DNA of 64,000 nucleotides from Rhodosorus marinus CCMP1338 (taxonomy: Eukaryota > Plantae > Rhodophyta), in assembly GCA_029953675.1 (NCBI GenBank), contig JAMWBK010000005.1:2170001-2234000 (forward strand). Direction: 5' to 3'. The first letter of the stretch is position 1; each line of letters begins with the position of its first letter. The translations under genes were made by a program, and so were the position numbers. The notes beneath the pieces are model-generated. The model did not search any database. It was not told where the DNA came from and saw only the letters and a program-made list of their open reading frames with translations. Of the stretch, positions 1 through 11,827 are shown piece by piece.

Positions 1-770
1 TGACACCCAGGTTGAACAGGATTTGGTGAGCGGCGAAGACCGGACCAGTTACTCAAAAGTCGACACCGAGATCTCGTCGCGGTGTGAACCAGATGGACTT
101 TCGTCTTGTTAACCGGTGGTCCATTGTAGATTCCACAGGATTTCCTAGCTCGTCAGCGGAAGCATCGATCGGTTCCTCGGTATACTGGCTGAGGACTGGG
201 CCGGCTTCGGTGGCGTCAAAACGGCTGCGACTCAATGCCTGCAGTTGTCCAAAGTCGTGTTTATACCAATATCACTCTTGGCCAGCGACAAGATTTTAAG
301 CGTCTTCCATCTAGGTAGACCAGTGTTACTTTCGGGCTAAGGTCAAGCATTTAAAGAACGAAACCAAGAAAATTATTTACTTTATCCAAGAACAACAATC
401 CCAATGTTCTCTGTTTCCGGTCTTCCAACTCGAAGACAAGATTTTATTGTTTTTCAATATTGGCCCTACTGGTACTAGAAAGTACGAAATTTCAACGCGA
501 ACGAATCTCGCATTGGCGAATGATACTTTCATCCATGAAAATTTAGTGTTTTTCTAGAAATCAATGATTCTAATCTGATGTGCTGTAGTACAACATCAGA
601 GACAGTAGTCTCTGATGTTGGTCGATGAGGGTGAGCTGAGGAAGGAGAGGATTGGAGCTAAGGGTTGGCAAGGTGAGGGGTGAAAAGTACGAGAGACGAG
701 GTCTTTGTAATTTTGGTTTGACTGGTTGGAGATTATCTAATTGAAGTTGTTGATTCAGCCCCTGTTCGAG

Positions 771-3700
771 ATGTCGGTTTTTAGTCAGCGGGAGAAACAG
801 GTAGAGGAGTTACACCAAGCGGTCGTGCAAGTTGAGGCGAGCGTGAAGGTTCAAGATGGAGAAACTTCGAAGAAAAGGGTAGATGAGATACATGAGGGTA
901 CTGAAAAGCTAAAAATGGCCGTTACCGGATACCTGAAGAAAGTTGCTGTGGGGAAAAGTGACCCGAACAAGAAGATCTACGGATCGGTAATGGAGGACAG
1001 GATCGAGAAAATGGACAAGTCACTAAAAGACTTGGATGAAAAGCTTCTGACCGTCAAAGAGGATTTGCAGGTTGTTCTTGAGCGAGAGGCAGTGGAGAAG
1101 GCGAAGCTTGAGAAGGAGGAGAACGAACGAAGGATCAGGCGGGAGGACGAAGAGAAAAAGAGGCGGGAGCAGGAGGAACTCGCTGAACAGAAGAGGAAGG
1201 CCGAAGAGGAGGAAAGGGTCCGCATAGAGTCTGAGAAGAAGCAGCTTGCCTTAGGTGAGCTGAAGTGCGAATGATTCTGACCTGCACTGAGCTTACTGGT
1301 ACAAGACGCTTACCCGATTACTGAACATTTCCTCTGCTTTTTCCTTCCCTGGTACTACTTGGGCTTTTACCAACAGAAGCAAAACAGAAAGCTAAGAAGG
1401 AGAAGGAGAAGAGAAAGCTGGAGGAGTGTGCGAAGGACACGCTGGAAGCGGACAAAGGAAAACCCGAAGGAAATTCTGTACAATCCATGATCAAGCTTAA
1501 AATTTCCGGCTATGCAGGAGAAGCCGTTCTCAGCGCTGACTATGGGCCAGTACCCACCACGTGTAACGTGCTCTCGGTAAAGGAGGCGATCCTAAATAGT
1601 GGAGTCCCGTTGTGGGGCCCGGTTGAAACCCAGAGGCTGATCTACAAGGGCCATTTCCTGGAAAACGATCGATCGCTGGAGTCCTATGGCTTGTCTGGTG
1701 AGGATACACTCTATTTCGTGGTATGTCAAAAAATTTGGATCACCGCTTAGCCCGGCACCGAGAGCTGGTTCCATGGGACTGGAAGGCCGAGGTGCCCTAA
1801 CATTGCTGTTCTCCTCCTATGAGATAGAAACTTCCCGACGGTTACGTTGCGTCTGAATCTAAAACCGCCCCGAAACCGATGGAGGATGTTGTGCAAGGAT
1901 CCGAGGAAGTTGTCTCTACGAAAGCGCCCGAGGTTTGATCGCCCGCCCTGCCCAGGTGTTCGCGGTCAATCGGCAGGCACCTGCTAGACTGTGTGCGTCT
2001 TAAAAAAAAAAGAGCTAACGTCGCTTTATTTCTGTTACAGGGAATGATTCGCGTCTCACTCAAGAACCGATCATCAACGGTTTCGTATTCCGTGGAGCCA
2101 AGTTGGACTGTGGCAAAAGTGAAGGAGCTTGTACACGAAAAAGAGGGCTCGAATCCAGATGATTTGTCCTTGGTTTTCCAAGGAAGAGTTCTCAAGAATG
2201 GGGACGTGCTAGAGTCGTCCGGTATCAAAGACGAAAGTGTGATTTATTCCATGGACAAGAAGCGTAAGTCTCTTGCTACACACATCTACCAGATGGCTAT
2301 CCGAGAAGTGATTGGGGAAAATTAACGGGGTTTAACTGGGAGTTTGCTTCTCACGAAAGGGACCTCGGAGACAGCAAACGCGTCCGCAGTACCAATGGAC
2401 ACTGACACCACTAGCAAGAGCACTGCGCCGATCTCGAGTTCAGGTGCTGTGCAAAGCGCTCCAGCGAGTAGTGCGCCTGCTGCGCCGTCAATACGGAGAG
2501 TCCCTCCACCAAGCGGGACCATTCATGAGGTCACAAGTGGCCGCGAAGAATTTGACGAAATCTTGAAGGATTGCGGCCCAACGAGACTTTGCCTCGTTGA
2601 CTTCAACGCTTCCTGGTGTGGTCCGTGCAGAGCAATAGGTAACCAGATGAACAATTTAGGATTTGGAGTGTACTGGAGGTTGATCATTGAGTACTAATCG
2701 CTCCGGCCTTGCTCATGACTATTATCTAGCCCCTAAGCTGCAAAGACTAGCTCAGGAGAACCCGGATATTTCGTTCGTCGGCATTGACTCTGAGGCGTCA
2801 GCTCAAAACATGTCTTTGTTCAGGGACCTTCAAATCACTTCAATGCCAACCTTTTGGTTTTATGTAAACGGGCGACAGATTATGTCCGTTGTCGGTGCTC
2901 GCGAGGCATCACTTGTGCAGGGTGAGTACAAAACGCGTGATCCTTGCTTAGTATTGAAGAGCTCCTGTCGTTTTCACCGGTTTTAGTTGCTTAGGAGTTC
3001 TTTTCACGATTTCACAGGAATTCAACAATACAGGCAGGCCAGTGGTGTTCCGGCTCCTCCTGCTGCTTCTTCTGCTTCTTCTGCTTCTTCCGCTCCTCCT
3101 AGCATGACCGTAACCGTGATGGCGTCACTGCAGAAGCTCAAATCATCATGCTCGGAGGCTGACTTTATCACGGCCGTGAGGACAATTTCGACTTACCTCT
3201 CAAAGATTGTCACGAACCAGGAGAATGAAAAGTAAGCGCCAACTAGTACAGCCCTGTTGTTTCTCATTGCTCAGTGTTCATTGCTTTTGGGGATTGTACA
3301 ACACAAGGTTTCGAAAGATTCGAATTAAGAATCCTGCCTTCGAGGCACGGGTCAACCGACATCCGGGAGGAATAGACTGCCTTCTTGCCTTCGGATTTAA
3401 AAGAGAAACTGCTGACGGCGAGGAGTACCTGATTATGAGCGAGGCAGACGCGAAGAGGGGCGAATTGAGGCAAGTTAATGGAGACCTGCAGGCCGCGTTT
3501 CAGCCAGGTAAGACTATCTGGACCCCCTGGGAGAGCATTAGAAGGCAGTTTTTTCTCCTTTCGTGGATGGATGGATGGATACTCTTAGGCTGGTTGATGA
3601 GCTAACCTGGAATTTATGATTATCCTCAGTTCTGTCAACTAGCGCAGGTGCGAATTCGAGCACAACAGGCTCTGTCCTCGTCCCTTCGCAGGAAGCCCCA

Positions 3701-3829
3701 GCGGCAAGTGAAAACAACCAAAGCAACTCCGAGGAAGATGCGCAGAGGCTGCTTGAAGAAGCGATCAGGCTTTCCCTTCAGGAAGACGAGGAGAGAGAAA
3801 ATACCAGGGACGGAGGGGGCTCATCATAG
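771..3829 (+). CDS. Multidomain protein: coiled coil - UBL - UBL - thioredoxin (WCGPC) - PUB - UIM-like; 9 exons, about 740 aa
   Basis: Hand-spliced exons 771-1254, 1377-1720, 1828-1932, 2041-2263, 2360-2638, 2730-2921, 3018-3231, 3308-3507, 3648-3829. All introns are GT-AG and phase-consistent, total 2223 nt (741 codons). UBL motifs QRLIYKGHFLENDRSLESYGL and LSLVFQGRVLKNGDVLESSGI; TRX VDFNASWCGPCRAIAPKL; PUB KFRKIRIKNPAFEARV...CLLAFGF; UIM-like LLEEAIRLSLQE. Confidence 0.85.
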
Positions 3830-4933
3830 GAAGAGATTGAGGAACATGGACTGCTACCTTGGAACTTAGCTCCTATGCAAATGGGCTCCCGTGCTAAAAT
3901 ATTACCTGGAACTTTGTTCTGATGTCATCGGCTCCATGTTATAAAAAGCGGTCATGTACAAGTGTTTTGGACTCCAACTTGCAATCCTCCATAGTCGATG
4001 ACAGACGGGTGAGGCGCTCCTCCTCACCATGAGGAGTAGCCTGGGAGACGACAGGAACCCGAGGCAACAGGGCAGCCTGGATACCTTGCTTTGTCAGTTG
4101 AGAATGAACCCAATGTACGAATCCTGCAAGATTGCTCGTTCTCCATAGCGACAACGTCGCCGAGCCCTTACGGACTATGCGATATTCTGAGATCAGCGGT
4201 TCTTTGACCTCTGGAACTCCTTCTTCCCAGGAGAAACAGAATAATCATGGCTGTACACAGGTCCAGAAAAGTTTTCATTGTCGAGGCTACCATGCTAGCA
4301 ACAACCCCGCCCCCTCCCCCCACCCATCGCCTACCTATGGCGGAGTTTTTGACAGAATAGCTTTGTGTATATTATTTATTAGTTATTTCTAGATGTAATA
4401 TCAGTTTCTTTAAAGCGAATTGAACGGAATATTTTTGTTTATTTGTAATATTTAGATGAAGCCATACAATACGGTTAAAATATTATTCTATTTCATACAT
4501 TAAAATTCGAATATTTTAAACGTATTTTTGAGTTCGATTTTTGCTTACGATTTGATCGCCAAATGCTATGTTGTTGTAGAATGCGAAAGGGATGAAAGGA
4601 CAGAAACGGTCGGGAAAAAATAGATCCAGCCGATGCGCCTTCACGATTTTCCCACATAGCAAGCCTTTGCCTTCAACGGGTATACTTCTCGAAATCCTGC
4701 AACCACAACAGAAATTCGGAAATGAGGACGAGCGCACTGGACTTGGTCTTTCCTATAGTTCTCGATCGACTTGACTCTCGATGGACAAACTATGGACCAA
4801 TGACGTACTAATGGGTTTGCATCGACACTCTCATTTCATGCTCCTTCCTCCTCCGGTTTCAGGTTTTGGTCGTCGAGGGTATCGACGTTGGCGGAAGTGA
4901 TGGAATTTGAAATGTCCTGATCTTTGGTTTGGG

Positions 4934-5728
4934 ATGTTGAAGAGGGTTGCTGCGAGGGTTGCTGAAGTGTATCGTGACGCGACTGGACTGCATCTGGTAG
5001 AGCTGAGTCACAATGAAGTTGCAGCGGCTAGGAAGCGACTTGGTGTTGCAAGAATTCGGTCGTCTGAGGTGAGGGCAAAGGTGGCAGATGCTCGATCTGA
5101 AGTTCAGGTAGTCCGATCCCAGGCGGAATCGATCGATCGGATTGATCCGAGGTTTCCCGCGCTTATTCAGAAGGAGCACGAGGCCCTTAAATTAGCGGCA
5201 GATGTTGAGCGCCAGGCCTCGGAGTGCGAGGAGCTGGAGAAGATCGAGTTCGAAAGGCTCTCTAGCGCGCTCGAACTCTCACACGCTCAGGAACGGGACT
5301 ACGCAGAGAGGACCAAATGGTACTCCGTTATTTCATCTGCCGCAGGTGCCGTCCTTGGTTTGCTCGGTTCCTCTCTTGTCGCGAGGTCCAGAAATCAAAG
5401 TGTGGAAAAGCTGGCCGACTCTCAAAGCCAGAAACTAATCAGCATCCTTGACCCCTCTTTACGTCGTCTGGAGAATGACATCCGTTCCCTCACGCAACGG
5501 GGAAGCCAGAATGAAGACGAACACGGATCCGAAGACGGGGAAGATGAACATACCCCTGAGCTCGGCGTTGAAACCTCGCCGCCAGAGTCTCCGTCGCAGG
5601 ATCCTGATCTCACCATCGCTCTTGAGGAGCTGGAACACAGAGTGAGAGAACTTCAGTTCATCATAGGAGGTACTACAGCTCTACTGATGTCCATCACGAT
5701 CATCTTGTCCGTCAATGGAAGTCGTTAG
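4934..5728 (+). CDS. CCDC51/MITOK (She9/Mdm33-related) mitochondrial coiled-coil membrane protein
   Basis: Intronless ORF with ATG at 4934. Long coiled coil, then LELSHAQERDYAERTKWYSVISSAAGAVLGLLGS, which resembles the animal CCDC51 signature (ESHEKERxRAERTKxWSxIGSVLGALIGV). A second hydrophobic segment lies at the C-terminus. Confidence 0.75.
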   Translation: MLKRVAARVAEVYRDATGLHLVELSHNEVAAARKRLGVARIRSSEVRAKVADARSEVQVVRSQAESIDRIDPRFPALIQKEHEALKLAADVERQASECEELEKIEFERLSSALELSHAQERDYAERTKWYSVISSAAGAVLGLLGSSLVARSRNQSVEKLADSQSQKLISILDPSLRRLENDIRSLTQRGSQNEDEHGSEDGEDEHTPELGVETSPPESPSQDPDLTIALEELEHRVRELQFIIGGTTALLMSITIILSVNGSR

Positions 5729-6229
5729 CATTCGCTTCTTCGCAAGCGTTTGGTGATGCGGAAACTAAGCAAACTTGGGCTTCTGGGTCCCCCCTGTGCA
5801 CCCAGAAGCTTTATGAATAGACTTGTCACTTTTGTGAGAGAAGTTTTTCTTCGTTTGTGTTTAATTTACAAAACTCCTCTTTGCTTCTCCTGCTCTTCGT
5901 GCTCCTCTTTGAACAAGTTTTGTGGAGGATGGAATGCAAGGGAAGATCAGCTCCTTACGTGAAAAAAAAATTAATACAAAAAACTCTTTCTATGACCTTC
6001 CAGTCTTTCAGCTTTGCTGAACACAACTCAGCCCATAGCAATCGAAAAAGCCTCTTCTTCGTCAACAAGTCAAAAGTGCCCTTTGCTTCTCGGTTGTTCA
6101 CGCGCTCCAAAAGCAAGTGCGGTTTGGCTTCAACTAGTTCACAACCGGATGGTGTCCTTCCGCTTTATATGTTGAAAACTTATCTCAAAGTCTTCTTTCA
6201 GGGTTCCTCGTCCCGGTTGAGGAGGGAGA

Positions 6230-7177
6230 TCAACACTTTTGCGGAAGCCCCACGGTTGTTTTCTCTTCCTTCATCGGCCGCTTCGTTGGAGGGGCGATGG
6301 TATCTTGTCGGTTCTTCGAGTTAGCTTCAGGGTCATCGTCTTTTCGTTTTATACCCTTTTGCCTCACAAACGTTGAGTACTCGCTAATCTGGCGGCGAAT
6401 AGTTGTGTTAAATCGATTCTTCACGGAGTTATCCGTTCGACCTTTCAGTCGCTTAGCAATCTCGGACCACTTATTTCCGATCTCGTGGTGTGCCTCCATA
6501 ATTATCTGGTCCTCTTCCAGCGTCCATTGCCTCTTTGAGAGGTCCGGGTTGAGATGGTTTAGCCATCTTTCTCTAGATTGCTTTCCAGTCCGACCGTTGA
6601 TGAAGCTCGCAATTGCGGTCCATCGCCTTGGACCAAACTTCTTCACAAGTTCACACAAAAGCTTGTCTTCTTCCGCCCTCCAGGGTCCCTTCACTCTGGT
6701 CTCCGTGGGGCTCAAAGGAGCAAAACTCTCAGACTCGTTCGAGTGAGCCTCCTCTACTGCCTGGCACAACAGGTTCAAGCCTGGGTTTACTGGGCGCACT
6801 AGATTCGGCGCAGAAAAGTCGGAATGGCCACTACTGCAGAGACTCAGCACTGGTGAACCCTTGCTGCCCATTGTCGTCGGTAAGGGTTGTACTCGCTGCA
6901 TGACCGGAGACTGCTCAGGGCCGCCGTTGCCGCGATGTCGCGCTTGTTGCACTTGCTGGAAAGGCACGTGGTAGTAGCCATTCTGCGGACTCTCCCGGAC
7001 AACTTGGCGGGGACACGAAACGCATGGGTAAGAGGACATCACTGGACTCATCATTGGGAGCTCATGCCTAGCATGCGGCAGGTGATTTGCAGGCGGAAGT
7101 ATGGTTGTCGCAGGGCCCCGCCGAAGAGGGAAACCCGGGCTGAACTCCGAGCGAGCCCAGTTCTCCTCTACATACAT
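6230..7177 (-). CDS. Two-repeat (R2R3-type) MYB transcription factor
   Basis: Repeats KGPWRAEEDKLLCELVKKFGPRRWTAIASFINGRTGKQSRERWLNHLNP and KRQWTLEEDQIIMEAHHEIGNKWSEIAKRLKGRTDNSVKNRF. First in-frame ATG at 7177; no intron needed. Confidence 0.92.
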   Translation of the reverse strand: MYVEENWARSEFSPGFPLRRGPATTILPPANHLPHARHELPMMSPVMSSYPCVSCPRQVVRESPQNGYYHVPFQQVQQARHRGNGGPEQSPVMQRVQPLPTTMGSKGSPVLSLCSSGHSDFSAPNLVRPVNPGLNLLCQAVEEAHSNESESFAPLSPTETRVKGPWRAEEDKLLCELVKKFGPRRWTAIASFINGRTGKQSRERWLNHLNPDLSKRQWTLEEDQIIMEAHHEIGNKWSEIAKRLKGRTDNSVKNRFNTTIRRQISEYSTFVRQKGIKRKDDDPEANSKNRQDTIAPPTKRPMKEEKTTVGLPQKC

Positions 7178-7560
7178 CTCTCCACCCTTCTCTTTCACCC
7201 GTACCTGCAAATCGCAAAACAACCGCGTAGCCTCTACCTCAACCAAGTCCTGCGCAAACTAAACGGGACTCAACCTCAATACATACAACGGCCCCAGGAA
7301 AACAAATCCCGTTCTTCCACTTTCGGATCTGATCCAACACAAAGCCCAGCAAAGCACAAACTTGCCCAAATCCAGTCCCTACCTTACCCAACCATCCACA
7401 ACCGCCAACACATACACCTCAAATTCCCTCAACCAGTTTTCGTCCAAACCAGCCCTTCGCTACGCAGTACACAAAGCGGAATATATATATAGAGAGAGAG
7501 TTCTTGATCACGACGTCCAGTCAACCGCCCTCAAGCAGCACCAAAGTACACCGTTGCGCA

Positions 7561-7593
7561 TTGTGTGTGTTTGTGTGTGTTTGTGTGTGTGTG
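7561..7593. repeat. TG-rich microsatellite (TTGTGTGTGT x3) upstream of the MYB gene
   Basis: Read directly from the sequence. Confidence 0.8.
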
Positions 7594-8740
7594 CCCTCCC
7601 ATGTTGTTTTTTTTCTTGTTTGTTTGTTGTTGTTTTTTTTTAAACCACAACGACCACCTTGTCCAATTCCATTCTTCCACTTCCGATGGAACGAAAAACG
7701 CTTCGATTCATCCCAACCCCTGAGGACAAAGTTTCAAATTCATCTAACACCACTGGATCTTTCTTTGCAACTAGTCGTACCTCAATAAATATTTCTTAAT
7801 ATAAATATATTGCGTATCCCTACCCCTCGTAGGGGAACTAAGGGCGAGCTGTTCGTGGAAATCTACCCTACCCTCCTCTTTATGTCTTAAGATTTGATTG
7901 CTTCTTTGCAGAAACGGGCTTTGCTCCTCGAGCGGAAGATACTCCTTTTTTTAAAAAAGGTAAGCTTGTGCTTCCTGGATCAGTATGTGATTGGTCATAC
8001 ACAAATCTTTTTCTTTCGAAAAGCAGAATTGGAGATAGAGCGAGTCCAATTCAAATGGCACCCCTAGCTTTTGGCAGCAAGGAAGATCCATTCTAAGGGG
8101 GGTTTAGTTTTGTATAAGTATTGAATCCAAAATAATACAAAATAAATAGTGTTCATTACATTGAATCTAATAATCTTGCTGAACCCCTACACAAATGTGT
8201 CAGGCAGGGGTCAGTCAAGGATATTCACGGGGGGTATCTGATTGCATAGCACCCGGGGTTTCCACTCGAGGTTCAAAAAAAGAAAGCATATCTTATATCT
8301 CGACAACCAATTAAGCCTACCCACCTTCATTCGCGCGAAACTATTGATTGACACAATAACCAATCATCACGCGTTTTTTGTTACCGGAAGAATTTTGGTC
8401 CAATTATTAGACATAGTTGTAACGAGGTACGCTAACGGGTTTATCTGGGAGTATCTCATACGATCTCCCATAGGAGCGTCTGGAGGATCCGGATTCCCAT
8501 TGGTGAGAAAGATGGCTGGAAACATCAACCCGCCCAGTTTTAATGCTTATCAGCAGATAGAAAAAAGTTGTCAGCACGGCAGCCACCGTTAGTCATCTCC
8601 AATAGGAAACCCCCCAAAAAAGAAGCTGAGCTAGAATCCCAAATATATTCCTCTAACACGACTTGATCTATATTTGTCTTGTTTCTCCTCAAAAAGAGAC
8701 TTTATCCTTCAATAATCAGCTATTATCCTAAAATTCATGG

Positions 8741-10850
8741 TCATCGGCTTATTTGTACGCGGTTCGTGGATCCTGAGAACACGAAATCCCCACCCTGTCC
8801 TGTTTTTTTTAGCTTTTTGCGGGTTTCGATACCCCCCCCCGCCCAAGACAATTGAGTTGGCTGGAATTCTCCATCTTCAAGATACTTTTGCTCAAAAACA
8901 TTCACATTTCTAGACTTGGCCGATGTCAACGCATGCCGCGAACTAGCATGGAGGCCTTCCATTCGAAGAACCCCGAAAACGTCTAGTTTCCAGGCAGCCT
9001 TTGCAAGAGGCACTTTTGGACAAATGAGGAACAACAGCCATTATTGATCGTCTAGGGTCTCAACGCCTTACTAAGCCATTCTCCACAACAACGACGGAGA
9101 AAGTGAAGGGGGGGGGGAGGCAACTTCGACACCAAGACCAAAATGGCCCGTGCAACTGTTTTTGGTAAGCACGGAACTGTTTGGTCGCTAATGACGGAGG
9201 GGCCAGTGGAAACGCATTGTCTATGATCCTCCAGTCCGCGCTAGAGGTATTTCGTCTTTGATTAATAATTTTCTCACCGGACAATATCGCAATTGTGATT
9301 GGCGTGTTTGTCACGGAGAATTTGCGTCTATAAGATTAAATATGAAAGTTTCTACAATGATCTGCCCCCAATCCCAATCCAGAAGAGTAAAAGGCCTATC
9401 TCTTCCAGCAGATTTCCTTGTCGCTGATACTAGGCTAAAAAGAATATGGAGCTGCATTTTCGATTCGCGGTGTACAGCTAGCAAGAGAGCCTCAAGAAAT
9501 CTGCCTTCCGACTCGAACCGACTATAGTAAGAAAAAAGAAAGAGTCCGTTTGCAACTTTGTTTTGAAAACTAGTTGGGCGCGGCTGGTGGGCGCTCACTG
9601 GAGATGTTTTCGTCGTATTGTATTGTTTCCCTATCTTTCCTTGTTTTTGCTTTCGTGCAAATCGTTTCTCGGTGCAGTTGGGCTACTACCATAGACGCCC
9701 TGATAAAAGGATTGGGGAATGGATTAATGGCTTCCTGGACGACCTTGTAATTGTATGGGAGGAATTTTGATGCGGTGGAACCGATCAAAACTCCTAGTGG
9801 CTTTGATTTTGCCACCATCCAGCTAGTCTTTTTGATATCTTCGTTCAGCAGCTGATCGACAAAGTACCCTCTTACTGCAAGCTTTCAAAGGTGTGCAAAA
9901 AAAGGAAGCTCTCCTTATCATGAGCGCGCCTAGAGCGCTATCTTCAGTGTCGAGTCGCCCAGCGATGGAGTGCAAGATGCCATTTCTGATCTCCAGCGCA
10001 TCGATATCGGTGGCATCCGAGTCAGTCTTTGTACTAGCTGTCCCATTGCAGGGATATTGTCTAACACCCCCATGTCATCTGTGCTGATGGGCCAGAGATC
10101 GGGCTTCCTCGATGCGAGAGCGATCACTTAGGCAATAGCTCAGGGAATACAAAACACAAACTTCCAGCACCCGGTGTTTGCTGTTTGCACAAGCCATTGC
10201 CACTTGGCACTATGGAGTTTGGGCTGTAGCAGAGGATGCTGAGAGGAGCCATCTTAGTTCCTACCTCCTTGGATTCCTGAAAAAACCCGATTAATTGCAT
10301 GAGGCGTAGCTCCAAGTTAAGTTGGATTTTGACAGGGAGAACCGAAGCAGTGCGGTGAGTAAAGGTATGACCGGACCTAGTTCCCGTCGGAAACGATTGA
10401 AATAAACAATTTTACTCGGAAGAGACTCCAGAGTGTGACCAGGGCCAAAGCCTCAGATATACCTCTTCCAAGTCATGCTTGAATTCTTTCAAAGTAGCCA
10501 GGCTTTGATTTGAGTCCTGCTCAATCCCGACAGATCAAGTGCAGCCGCACACTTCCCGCAATGACTTTGATCTAAGGTCAGGTCACAAGTACCTGGCTGT
10601 CACAATCACCAGAATGCAGGGGATCCATCCGTCCCACCAATACACTAAATGGGCGCACTCCAGAGACCGGAATGTTGGCGTTGGGATCATTTCAACCCTT
10701 GGCGACGTCAAAGCAGGAGAGCTCTACCCCGAACCTTCCTGAACTTCGAACTAGCTTCGTACTCTAGGTCTGAGCCTGTGAAGTTCTTTTCCAGCTGCGA
10801 AAAAGTCTCGTTTCTTAACCAGACCTCTTCAAGCCTTCTACGACCAACAA
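8741..10850 (-). CDS. Possible multi-exon hypothetical gene; structure unresolved
   Basis: A chain of minus-strand, protein-like open segments (e.g. TKTDSDATDIDALEIRNGILHSIAGRLD; GYFVDQLLNEDIKKTSWMVAKSKPLGVLIG; RFLEALLLAVHRESKMQLHILFSLV), some with GT/AG borders. I could not build a phase-consistent model or recognise a family. Confidence 0.3.
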
Positions 10851-10852
10851 TC

Positions 10853-10861
10853 AAAAAAAAA
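10853..10861 (-). terminator. Pol III oligo-dT terminator of tRNA-Ser
   Basis: A9 on the + strand (T9 on the tRNA strand), about 10 nt downstream of the tRNA 3' end. Confidence 0.8.
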
Positions 10862-10871
10862 GAAGCAACGC

Positions 10872-10953
10872 CGTTGTCGGCAGGATTCGAACCTGCGCGG
10901 GCATAGCCCAACAGATTTCGAGTCTGTCGCCTTAACCACTCGGCCACGACAAC
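10872..10953 (-). tRNA. tRNA-Ser (anticodon CGA), intronless, long variable arm
   Basis: GTTGTCG/CGACAAC acceptor stem, TGGCCGAGTGG A-box, ACAGA-CTCGAAA-TCTGT anticodon arm, GGTTCGAATCC B-box, discriminator G. Confidence 0.97.
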
Positions 10954-11827
10954 CGCCCCAGTAACAATGAAATTTAATGCTATTAGTCTTAAATATGCTA
11001 GGTATCTTGTCTGGCCCTCTGGATTGTTGTTTCACTACTCCGGAACAATTTAAAGAGCAACTGACTGCGACAAATTCGTTGCTAACCTACAACATAAATG
11101 CCTAGGAAACAAGCCATGCAGAAGATGGACGGGCTGAAGCCCGGGGAGAAGCACTTTCGGGCGGAACTTGTCTCCATTGCTCCTCGACCCTCGGGCTTGG
11201 TCGTACCTGTGGATAGAGGATCTAAGCTCAACAGCGTCTGAGAAATAAGCATTTGGGGACGCCCAGTTTAGCCGTCCAAGTATTCCACGTCCGGGCGAAG
11301 AGGTCAGCATCAGCAGAAACCAGTCTCGCCGAAGCTTGAATCTTCATTGCACGTCAGCGCCAGTGGCGACTGCTCGATTTCTCTCGCAGAACCAGTTTCA
11401 CAGCAAAGTCCACGACAGAAAGTACAACTCATCAACGCGTCTTTTCAAGAAGCATCTGCTCTTCATAAATCCTACCCGAAAATCAACCCCTCGGCCAAAC
11501 TCGCATCGCCCACGTCGGGATCGCCGTCGACAGAACAAAATCAAGTACGTGGGTTTCTAAATTTGTGTATATATCGTCTATATTATATTCATAATATTCA
11601 ATAAGATCAATATATTCATAATGTAGAATTTCATATTCCTTAGTTTCATAAATTAGGAAATCGGATGTATTCCAGGACGTTGGTGAAGAAGACGTCAAGG
11701 ACAGAGTCGGAGTCTAGGGAAAGGCGTGGAGGAGTGCGGATAAGGATCTAGCATATTCTAAAGATAAGAAATTAACTAGGAACTTTGTTTTTGCCTTGGA
11801 AAGGAAAGAGGAAAAGGAAAAGGAAGG

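Noticed and set aside
10708-10947. 79-aa ORF MAEWLRRQTRNLLGYARAGSNP...
   Set aside because: It is the translation of the tRNA-Ser gene from a GTG, a typical spurious ORF.
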